Source of the DNA: Chiloscyllium plagiosum
Lineage: Eukaryota
Length of the DNA: 64,000 nt
Reading direction: 5' to 3'
Assembly: GCF_004010195.1 (NCBI RefSeq)
Contig: NC_057754.1
Span: forward strand, 1,756,306-1,820,305
The notes below the pieces were generated by a model. It did not search any database. It worked only from the letters and a program-made list of their open reading frames with translations, and was not told the origin of the DNA. Positions 12,494-22,388 of this stretch are shown piece after piece. Position 1 is the stretch's first letter. Each line of letters begins with the position of its first letter. The position numbers and the translations under genes were made by a program.

Positions 12494-13185
12494 CTGAAAA
12501 TGTGTTGCTGGAAAAGCGCAGCAGGTCAGGCAGCATCCAAGGAGCAGGAGAATTGACGTTTCGGGCATGAACCCTTCTTCAGGATTGAGATAAATGTGTC
12601 CAGCAGGCTAAGATAAAAGGTAGGGAAGGAGGGACTTGGGGGAGGGGCGTTGGAAATGCGATAGGTGGAAGGAGGTCAAGGTGAGGGTGATAGGCTGGAG
12701 TGGGGGTGGGGACGGAGAGGTCAGGAAGAAGATTGTAGGTTAGGAAGGCGGTGCTGAGTTCGAGGGATTTGACTGAGACAAGGTGGAGGGGAGGGGAAAT
12801 GAGGAAACTGGAGAAATCTGAGTTCATCCCTTGTGGTTGGAGGGTTCCCAGGTGGAAGATGAGTCGCTCTTCCTCCAACCATCGTGTTGCTATGGTCTGG
12901 CGATGGAGGAGTCCAAGGACCTGCATGTCCTTGGTGGAGTGGGAGGGGGAGTTGAAGTGTTGAGCCATGGGGTGTTGGGTTGGTTGGTCCGGGTGTCCTA
13001 GAGGTGTTCTCTGAAACGTTCTGCAAGTAGGCGGCCTGTCTCCCCAATATAGAGGAGGCCACATCGGGTGCAGTCCAGGTGTCCCAAAGGTGTTCTCTGA
13101 AACGTTCCGCAAGTAGGCGGCCTGTCTCCCCAATATAGAGGAGGCCACATCGGATGCAGTTCTCTGAAACGTTCCGCAAGTAGGA
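12494..13185 (-). mobile_element. 5'-truncated Penelope-like element: GIY-YIG endonuclease C-terminus and terminal repeat with hammerhead motif
   Basis: CIRCGLLYIGETGRLLAERFREHL and AQHFNSPSHS..RWLEEERLIFHLGTLQPQGMN; flanked by near-identical ACAGTAT(A/G)TAGACAG (12479-12493 / 13186-13200). Confidence 0.9.
12551..12586 (-). ncRNA. Minimal hammerhead ribozyme motif (GUC site)
   Basis: Minus: AATC-CTGAAGA-A-GGGT TCAT GCCC-GAAA-CGTC-AATT. Confidence 0.65.
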
Positions 13186-15370
13186 ACAGTATGTAGACAG
13201 GCCATTATGGGGTCAGGCCACATTAGATTTGGTACTGGGTAATGAACCTGACCAGTGTTAGATTTGGAGGTAAGTGAGCACTTTGGTGATAGTGACCATA
13301 ATTCGGTTATGTCTACTTAGTGAAAGGGCTAGGTATATCATGCAGGGCAAGAGATATAGCTTGGGGAAAGGCAATTATGATGCGATTTAGTGGGATTTAG
13401 GGTGCATAGGATGGGGAAGGAAACTGCAGGGTTAGGCACAATTGAAATGTGGAGCTTATTCAAGTATCAGATACTCCTTGATAAGTATGTACCCATCAGG
13501 CAAGGAGGAGGTTGTTGTGCGCGGGAGCCGTGGTTTACTCAGGAAGTTGAATCTCTTCTCAAGAGGATGAGATGTGAAGGCTCAGTTAGGGCGCTTGAGA
13601 GTTACAAGTTAGCCAGGAAAGATCTAGAGAGAGAGAGCCACGAAGAGGCAGGAGGGGACATGAGAAGTCGTTGGTGGATAGGATCAAGGAAAATCATAAG
13701 GCTTTCTATAACTATATCAGGAATTAAAGAATGTTTAGAGTAAGATTAGAGCCAATCAAGGATAGTAGTGGGAAATTGTGCATGGAGTCAGAGGAGATAG
13801 GGGAAGTGCTAAATGAATACTTTTCGTCAGTATTCACAGTAGAAAAAGACAATGTGGTCAAGGAGAATACTGAAATACAGGCTACTTGACGCGATGGGAT
13901 TGAGGTTCACAAGGACGAGGAATGAGCAATTCTGCAAAGTGTAAAAGTAGATAAGTCCCTTAGGCCAGATAGGATTAACCTAGGATTCTCTGGGAAGCCA
14001 GGGAGGAGATTGCTGAGCCTTTGGCTTTGATGTTGGTGTTACCATTGTCTACAGGAATAGTGCCAGAAGACTGGAGGATAGCAAATGTTGTTCCCTTGTT
14101 CAAGAAGGAGAGTAGAGAGAACCCTGGTAATTTTAGACCAGTCAGCCTTACTTTGGTTGTAGGTAAAGTGTTGGAAAAGGTTATAAGAGATAGGATTTAT
14201 AATCATCTAGAAAAGAATAAGTTGATTAGGGATAGTCAACACGGTTTTGTGAAGAGTGGGTCATGCCTCAAAAACCTTATTGAGTTCTTTGAGAAGGTAG
14301 ATGAGGGTAAAGCAGTTGATGTGGTATATGGATTTCAGTAAGGCAATTGATAAGGTTCCTCATGGTAGGCTACTGCACACAAAATACGGAGGCATGGGAT
14401 TGAGGGTTATTTAGCGGTTTGGATCAGAAATTGGCTAGCTGAAAGAAGACAGAGAGTGGTGGTTGATGGGAAATATTCGTCCTGGAGTTCAGTTACTAGT
14501 GGTGTACCACAAGGATCTGTTTTGGGTCCACTGCTGTTTGTCATTTTTATAAATGACCTGGATGAGGGCAGAGGAGGATGGGCTAGTAAATTTGCAGATG
14601 ACACATAGAGGTCGGTAAAGTTGTGGATAGTGCCGAAGGATGTTGTTACACAAGGATGTAGATTAGCTGCACAGCTGGGCTGAGAGGTGGCAAACGGAGT
14701 TCAATGTGGAAAAGTGTGAGGTGATTCACTTTGGAAGGAGTAACAGGAATGCAGAGTACTGGGCTAATGGTAAGATTGTCGGTTGTGTAGATCAGCAGAG
14801 GAATCTTGGTGTTCAGGTACATAGATCTTTGAAAGTTGCCACCCAGGTTGGTAGGGTTGTTAAGAAGGCACACGGTGTGTTAGCTTTTCTTGGTAGAGGA
14901 ATTGAATTTCAGAACCATGAGGTCATGTTGCAGCTGTACAAAACTTTGGAGCGGCCGCGCTTGGTGTATTGTATACAGTTCTGGTCACCACATTATAGGA
15001 AGGATCTGGAAGCTTTGGGAAGGGTTCGGAGGAGATTTACTAGGATGTTGCCTGGTATGGTGGGTCTTGCAAGGAAAGGTTAAGGGACTTGAGACTGTTT
15101 TCATTAGAAGGAGGTTGCGAGGTGACTTAATTGAAACATATAAGATCATCAGTGGGTTAGATAAGGAGGACAGTGAGAGCCTTTTTCCTCAGATGGTGAT
15201 GGCTAACACGAAGGGACATAGCTTTAAATTGAGGGGTGATAGATTCAGAACAGAATGTTAGTGGTAGTTTCTTTACTCAGTGCGTAGTAGGGGCGTGAAA
15301 TGCACTGCCTGCAACAGTTGTAGACTTGCCAACTTTAAAGGCATTTAAATGGTTATTGGCTAGGCATATG

Positions 15371-15493
15371 GATGAAGGGCTTTTGCCTGAAACGTCGATT
15401 TTCCTGATCTTCGGATGCTGCCTGACCTGTGCTTTTCCAGCACCACTCTGATCTAAACTCTGGTTTCCAGCATCAGCAGACCTCACTTTTGCC
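15371..15493 (+). mobile_element. Penelope-like terminal repeat fragment inserted in the CR1 3' region
   Basis: GATGAAGGGCTTTTGCCTGAAACGTCGATT...; ATATGGATGAA occurs at both junctions. Confidence 0.8.
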
Positions 15494-16199
15494 TATATGG
15501 ATGAAAATAGAATAGTGTAGGTTAGATAGGCTTCAGATTGGTTTCACAGGTTGGCGCAACATCGAGGGCAAAAGAGCCTGTACTGTGCTATAATATTTTA
15601 TGTTCTATGTTTTTGTCCAGTAATAGCATGAATAGGCACTGTCACTGATTTCACTCAAGTACTTCAAAAAGCACACAATTTCTCTTTAGCAATCAGGACT
15701 CCCTTTTGCAATATCAAAGCACTGCTAATGAGCAAAGAGAGGCTTCAAATATGTACACTCGACCTGGAAGTATACTGTCTCTATAGCAACTCTGATTGCT
15801 GGGTTGCAGTTGATGGTATTCTTTGAAAAATGTATTCATTTTCTCAAGTGCATCTTTCACTTATTATAAGTAATTTATGTTTAAATGTTGCTCTATATAA
15901 ATTTTTACACATATCCCGGTTGTAACAATATCCAGACTGCAACCTCTCAACCTTGTAGATGCAAGACAAAGTCCTGAGAAGATGCTCAAGTGCAGAAATA
16001 AAATCACGTTTTAACCTTGACAAGGCTGTGACAATATAGACAAACCTAGTCCATTGAATGGTAAAGTTGGAAGCAAGCATTTTTCCAGATAAACCTGCGA
16101 GGTAAGTTTAATAAAAACAGTTGGGGAATCTCCTACCTTAAAAACAATGTCAGGTGATTATTCCTGATGTGAACATTTAATTTTATGTCGTAATAGCAA

Positions 16200-16748
16200 T
16201 GACCGATTAAACATGACTCTTTACTAGATAACTGACAGTTAATTAACATGCTGAAATGAGTGTTCCCCATTAACAAATATACTAAAATTACAGTCAGCAG
16301 TGAATTAAAATGCTAAAACTGCAATTAGCAGTTATTTAACACAAACAGAAATTGCTGGAGAAGCTCAGCAGGTCTGGCAGCATCTGTGCAGAGAAATCCA
16401 AGTTAATGTTTCAGGTCCGGTGACCCTTCCTCAGAACTGCTGAACTGCAGAACTCTCCAGTTCTGAGGAAGGGTCACCAAATCCAAAGTATTAACTCTGA
16501 TTTCCCTTCACAGATACTGCCAGACTTGCTGAGCTTTTCCAACAATTTCTGTTTTTGTTTCTGATTTACAACATATGCAGTTCTTTTGGGTTTTAAAGAT
16601 GCTAAAACTAAAGTTGGCAGTTAATTCACACACTAAAACTCCAGTTAGCAGTTAACTAAAATGCTAAAACTGCAGTTAGCAATTAATTAATGTGCTAAAA
16701 CTGCAGTTAACAATTAAACTAACATGCTAAAACCGCAGTTAGCAGTTG
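16200..16748. repeat. Degenerate ~31-bp minisatellite (GCTAAAACTGCAGTTAGCAATTAATTAATGT-like), split by a Penelope fold-back element
   Basis: About five clear units at 16600-16748 and more decayed units at 16200-16340. Confidence 0.8.
16342..16595. mobile_element. Inverted pair of Penelope-like terminal repeats
   Basis: AAACAGAAATTGCTGGAGAAGCTCAGC..CCTTCCTCAGAACTG mirrored by CAGTTCTGAGGAAGG..GCTGAGCTTTTCCAACAATTTCTGTTT; hammerhead motif at 16401-16438 (-). Confidence 0.8.
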
Positions 16749-17302
16749 AAGCACTCTGACTCTGAGTTATGCAGTCAAACCACATTAAAGAGCTTACTTG
16801 AATTCACCATCTGGACTGACACATCTTTGTAGAACTAAGGCTTATCCTTATCAGTGGTGCTGTTTTCGGATGAGACCTTAAAATATGACTTCATCAGACT
16901 GTTAAGATGAACGAAATAGAAGCCGTGAGACTTTTAGGAATGTAGGAACAGGAGGAGGCCAATCAGCCCCTCAAGCCTACTTCACTTTTCAGTAAGGTCA
17001 TGGTTCATCTGTGGCCTAACTCCATATGTGTGCCTTGGGACAATATCCCTTGCTTAATAAATATTTGTCTATTTAGATTTAAATTTAGCAACTGAATAAG
17101 AATCAACCACTATTTGAACTAGAGAGTTCCAAACTTCCACTACTCTTTCTACATAGCAGTGCTTTCTAAGATCTCTCCTGAATGGCCAGGTCCTAATTCA
17201 TAAACAATGCCCCCTGGTTCTAGAATCTTCAACCAGTGGAATTGATTTATCTTTATTTATGCTGTATTACCCCTCCTAAAATCTTGAGACCTTGATAGGA
17301 TC

Positions 17303-19565
17303 TCCTGGCTGCGAGGTGAAGCCCAGCGTGGACTCCGGAGATTCCCAGCCGTGAGGTGAAGCCCAGCATGGACTCGGAGATTCCCGGCAACGAGGTGAAG
17401 CCCAGCATGGACTCTGAGATTCCCGGCCTCGAGGTGAAGTCCAGCGTGGACTCGGAGATTCCCAGCCTCGAGGTGAAGCCCAGCATGGACACGGAGATTC
17501 CTAGCCTCGAGGTGATGCCCAGCGCGGACTCAGAGATTCCCAGCCTCGAGGTGAAGCCCAGCGTGGACACGGAGATTCCCAGCCTCGAGGTGATGCCCAG
17601 CGCGGACTCGGAGATTCCCAGCCTCGAGGTGATGCCCAGCATGGACTCGGAGATTCCCAGCTGTGAGGTGCAGCCCAGCGTGGACTCGGAGATTCCCAGC
17701 TGTGAGGTGCAGCCCAGCGTGGACTCGGAGATTCCCAGCCTCGAGGTGAAGTCCAGCGTGGACACGGAGTTTCGCAGCCTCGAGGTGAAGCCCAGTGTGG
17801 ACACGGAGATTCCCGGCCTCGAGGTGAAGCCCAGCGTGGACCAGGAGATTCCCAGCATCGAGGTGAAGCCCAGCGTGGACTCGGAGATTCGCAGCCTCAA
17901 GGTGAAGCCCAGCGCGGACTCGGAGACTCCCAGCCTCGAGGTGAAGCCCAGCGCAGACTCGGAGATTCCCAGCCTCGAGGTGAAGCCCAGCGTGGACTCC
18001 GGAGATTCCCAGTCTCGAGGTGAAACTCAGCGCGGACTCGGAGACGCCCAGCCTCGAGGTGAAGCCCAGCGCGGACTCGGAGATTCCCAGCCTCGAGGTG
18101 AAGCCCAGCGTGGACTCCGGAGATTCCCAGTCTCGAGGTGAAACTCAGCGCGGACTCGGAGATTCCCAGCCTCGAGGTGAAGCCCAGCGTGGACTCAGGG
18201 ATTCCCGGCCACGAGGTGAAGCCCAGCGCGGACTCGGAGATTCCCAGCCTTGAGGTGAAGCCAAGCATGGACTCGGGGATTGCCGGCCACGAGGTGAAGC
18301 CCAGCGCGGACTTGGAGATTCGCAGTCTCAAGGTGAAGCCCAGCGTGGACTCGGAGATTCGTAGCCTCGAGGTGAAGCCTAGCCTGGACGCAGAGATTCC
18401 CAGCCTCGAGGTGAAGCCCAGTGCCGACCCGAGGGCTCCCAGCCTCGAGGTGAAGCCCAGCGTGGACACGGTGATTCCTGGCCTCGAGGTGAAGCCCAGT
18501 GCGGTCCTGAGGGCTCCCAGCCTCGAGGTGAAGCCCAGTGCCGACCCGAGGGCTCCCAGCCTCGAGGTGAAGCCCAGCGTGGACACGGGGATTCCTGGCC
18601 TCGAGGTGAAGCCCAGTAGGGTCCTGAGGGCACCCAGCCTCAAGGTGAAACCCAGTGCGGTCCTGAGGGCACCCAGCCTCGAGGTGAAACCCAGTGCGGA
18701 TCGGGGATTCTGGCCTCGAGGTGAAGCCCGGTGCGGTCCTGAGGGCACCCAGCCTCGAGGTGAAGCCCAGTGCGGTCCTGAGGGCACCCAGCCTCGAGGT
18801 GAAACCTAGTGCGGACCGGGGATTCTGGCCTCGAGGTGAAGCCCGGTGCGGTCCTGAGGGCACCCAGCCTCGAGGTGAAGCCCAGTGCGGTCCTGAGGGC
18901 ACCCAGCCTCGAGGTGAAGCCCAGTGCGGTCCTGAGGGTAGCCAGCATCAATGTGAAACCCAGTGCGGATCGGGGATTCCGGCCTCAAGGTGAAGCCCAG
19001 TGTGGCCCTGAGGGCACCCAGCCTCGAGGTGAAGCCCAGTGTGGTCCTGAGGGCACCCAGACTCAAGGTGAAACCTAGTGCGGTCCTGAGGGCACCCAGC
19101 CTCGAGGTGAAGCCCAGTGCGGATTGGGGATTCCGGCCTCAAGGTGAAGCCCAGTGTGGTCCTGAGGGCACCCAGCCTCGAGGTGAAGCCCAGTGTGGTC
19201 CTGAGGGCACCCAGCCTCAAGGTGAAACTTAGTGCGGTCCTGAGGGCACCCAGCCTCGAGGTGAAGCCCAGTGCGATCCTGAGGGCACCCAGCCTCATGG
19301 TGAAACCCAGTGCGGATCAGGGATTCCGGCCTCATGGTGAAACCCAGTGCGGATCAGGGATTCCGGCCTCGAGGTGAAACCCAGTGTGGATCGGGGATTC
19401 CGGCCTCAAGGTGAAACCCAGTGTGGATCAGGGATTCCGGCCTCGAGGTGAAACCCAGTGTGGATCGGGGATTCCGGCCTCAAGGTGAAGCCCAGCACAG
19501 ACTCAAGGATTCCCGGCTTCAAGATGAAGCCAGCGCAGACCTGGGTTGAAACCATGCGTGGACTC
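17303..19565. repeat. CpG-rich 38-40 bp VNTR, ~58 units (GAGATTCCCAGCCTCGAGGTGAAGCCCAGCGTGGACTCG and variants)
   Basis: Directly visible; conserved core CCTCGAGGTGAAGCCCAG. Confidence 0.97.
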
Positions 19566-19682
19566 GTCTGCTCTGCCTGTTTTTCTCATCTCTTTCTCTG
19601 CTTTAGAAGGAGTGTAATGCTGAACTTATAACTTTTCTAATTTATATGTAAGATTTTGTACCAAAGATGTCACAAATATTAT

Positions 19683-20066
19683 GGCACAGACAGCAGCACA
19701 CAGAGGGCTAACACCTTAAACACATTATCTGAGCAGACACCAATTGTTAAAGTTAACCTGAGAATGTAACTTTTAAAAAAAGTTTTGTGATTTACATACG
19801 AAAGAAGTGAAGCTAACATGATCATTCTAACAGATGAGAGACTTAACAAACAATCAAGGAATTTTTCAATGTATAATTTCAGTTACATCACACTGTAAAC
19901 TTTTACTATAAATTCTGTGTCTTACAATTGTGTACTCCACAACAACCTGATGAAGGAGCAGCGCTCTGAAAGCTAGTGCTTCCAATTAAACCTGTTGGAC
20001 TATAACCTGGTGTGTGATTTTTAAACTTTGAACACCCCAGTCCAACACCGGCATCTCCAAATCATG
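19683..20066 (+). mobile_element. Penelope-like 3' fragment/terminal repeat (second family) with decayed hammerhead motif
   Basis: CCTGATGAAGGAGCAGCGCTCTGAAAGCTAGTG..CCTGTTGGACTATAACCTGGTG..CCAGTCCAACACCGGCATCTCC, shared with the copies near 41308, 42106 and 62913. Confidence 0.8.
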
Positions 20067-22388
20067 GCTGGAAATAGTGACTTTGTACACTTTACAATGT
20101 ACTCATGTATCCCTGCACTTAAGTACGTGACAATAAAATCGAATTCTAATTCTAGATCACCCTTAATCTTCTAAATTCTAGAGGATAAAGGACTAATTTG
20201 TCCAAACTCTCCCTATAATATAAGTACAGGTATCATCCTTGTAAACTTGCACTGAGCTCCCCCTAGGGCCAAAACATCGTTCCTAAGGTGTGGTGCTGAG
20301 TTCTGCTCACTGTGGGATCTAACTAGAATTTTGTATAATTTATATAACTGCAGCATAACATCGCCATTCCTGTATTCTGACCCTTTATATTTGATGACCA
20401 GCATTCCATTAGTCTTCTTGATTATTTTCAGAATCTGTCTGTGCCATTTTAAAGAGCTATGCATCTGAACCCCCAAATCTTGCTGGATATCCTCTGTATT
20501 TAACTTGTTGCCTTCTGAAAAAAACCCCGGTCTATCTTTATTCGGTCTGAAATGGATAATCTCACACTTGCTTATATTAAAATCCATCTGCCACTGCTGT
20601 GCACTTTCACCTAATCTATCAATATCTTATAGTAATTTTATGCTGTTGTCAACACTGTCTACGATGTTGCTGAATATTTTTGTCACCAGCAAGTTCAGAT
20701 ATCTGACTTCTAATGCTATGCAAGTCGTTAATGAATACCATGAATAACTGAGGCCCAAACACAGATCACTCCGGGACGCCACTTGTCCTAGTCTGCCTAT
20801 TTGAGTACTTTTCAGTGGAGGAATGGTGGGGAGAAGGGAGGGGGTGCTCCTTGGGGTCCTGACCAACATTCTTCCCTCAGACAACACCATCCGAAACAGA
20901 TTAATACTTATTTATTTTATTTGCTGTCTGTGGGAAGTTAGCTTGCAGTTTTGCCTTAATAATAACAGCAACACCAATAGCACTTTTACAAAAGAAATTG
21001 TTGGCTGTGAAACGCTTTGGGCTAACATAAGAATATAATTTGCACCATATAAATATAAAATTTACTTCTATAGAAAAATAATCAAGAGCAACTAATTGGC
21101 CGTATTATTTTTGCACTTTGCAAAAAAAAGTTCCATGATTGCTTCCTTGTGATAAGTGCCATTATCATGTTGCTAAATTAATTCCTTGGACCTCGTAATG
21201 ATGTAAAATGGCAGCAATAAATAAGTACAAAATGATTCTATTAAAGATGTCAAGATGAACATTAAAAGTGTACTTACATATTTCTTACACTTTCCCTTTT
21301 CTTAACGTTGTGGGTTGGCTGAGTCAAATTGGCTTACAATGATTTTCTGGTATTAATTTATTAAACAGTTTTGAAACTCAGAAGTATTCTAAATCGTAGC
21401 ATGGCCTGAGATTGACTCGCATCTTAAACTTAACTGCAACACTTGTTGGTAATTTAGCCAGGAGACAACATTTCACTTCAGTTCTAATTGAAATTTTACT
21501 GTGTAAATAAATGGTAACAATGCTGTTGGAAAATGCAGAACAAAGGAATTTCATGTGAATGTGTTAAATTGTGTGTGTGCGTATTTGCAAATTCTAAATT
21601 TTGGCATTGTTTAGAATTGTGTTGAGCATAGGAATTGGCATCGGCAATTTAGCCCATTGAACCTGCCTCACCGTTTAGTAAGATCGTGGCCAATTGAATA
21701 CTTCAGTGCGTTTTCTTGCACTTTCCCCATAATACTCATGCCATTGATAATCGGAAATTTATCAGTCTCTATTTTAAATATACTCAAAGATTGAGCTTTC
21801 ATAGTTCCCTGAGTAGAATATTCCAAAGATTCAAAGCCCTCTGAGTAAAAGAATTTCTTTTTATCTCAGTCCTAAATGGCATTCTCTTTAATTTGGAATT
21901 GTGCTCTTTATTTCTAGACTCACCAACCAAGAGAAACAACTTACCGGCATCTACCCTGTCCTTCCATTTAGTGTTTTGCAATTTTCAATGAGAGCACCTC
22001 TCATTCTTTGAAAGCGCAAAGAATACAGGCTCAATCGCTCTTTGTAGGACAGTTCGGCCATCCCGGGAACAGGTCTGGTGAACCTTTGTTGCACTTCCTG
22101 TTAGGCAATTGTTATGGACCAGACAAACCTCCCCGCCTCAAAATACATGAAGAAGATAGCCTAGACCCTAATTTTTTTTGTCATTTTAAAAGTAAGTGTT
22201 GCGTTCCAGAAAATTCAATTGGTCGAACAACTTGATTTCAAACAAATGCAGTTTACTTTGACACTACTGTTAAAATACAGACAAAATTAAAAGAAAAAAA
22301 AGAATTGGCGTAACTGTAACTCTGTCAAAAGGCTTAATAAAATGATATATACATACACACTACTAATTAACTGTTTTAACATAATAAG

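Larger units (their letters stand above)
11775..15610 (+). mobile_element. CR1 LINE: end of ORF1 plus decayed ORF2 (APE endonuclease and RT) to the 3' tail, with three Penelope insertions
   Basis: NARSIQNK-type EN start ~11915; [53 protein letters not shown] and KFADD; ends TATGTTCTATGT. Confidence 0.93.
17303..20154 (+). mobile_element. Putative non-autonomous composite retroposon: VNTR, unique 3' region, AATAAA and (AATTCT)n tail
   Basis: Interrupts a CR1; GATC on both sides (17299-17302 / 20155-20158); ends GTACGTGACAATAAAATCGAATTCTAATTCTA. Confidence 0.7.
16938..20810 (-). mobile_element. Old CR1 3' fragment in two pieces (16938-17302 and 20155-20810)
   Basis: 3' end TAGGAACAGGAGGAGGCC; minus ORF MDFNISKCEIIHF..MLQLYK..KFTRMIP; joining ..CTTGATAGGATC to ACCCTTAATCTTC restores continuous CR1 sequence. 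Confidence 0.85.
16750..21070 (+). mobile_element. Deu-domain SINE (SacSINE1/AmnSINE1-like) in two halves (16750-16935 and ~20815-21070) separated by nested insertions
   Basis: GCTGTTTTCGGATGAGACCTTAAA on the left; GGTCCTGACCAACATT..TTGCTGTCTGTGGGA..TTGGCTGTGAAACGCTTTGGG on the right; collinear with the uninterrupted copy at 47665-48052. Confidence 0.7.

Noticed and set aside
10882..15610. Divergent CR1 pairs (also 37567-40160) as single twin-primed insertions
   Set aside because: Each half has its own 3' tail and overlapping ORF2 content, and no shared TSD was found; independent insertions are simpler.
15959..16107. Possible exon (AG..GAG|GTAAGT) or 13-bp microexon
   Set aside because: Isolated splice-like signals, no recognisable coding content or partner exons.
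17253..19377. Repetitive ORFs such as (EIPSLEVKPSVDS)n suggesting a mucin-like protein
   Set aside because: The 39-bp unit is open on both strands, 38- and 40-bp units break the frame, the longest + ORF starts at GTG, and the array lies in an insertion within a CR1.
17303..19565. CRISPR-like appearance (constant core with variable intervening sequence)
   Set aside because: The intervening parts are related variants rather than unique spacers; no cas genes; vertebrate context.
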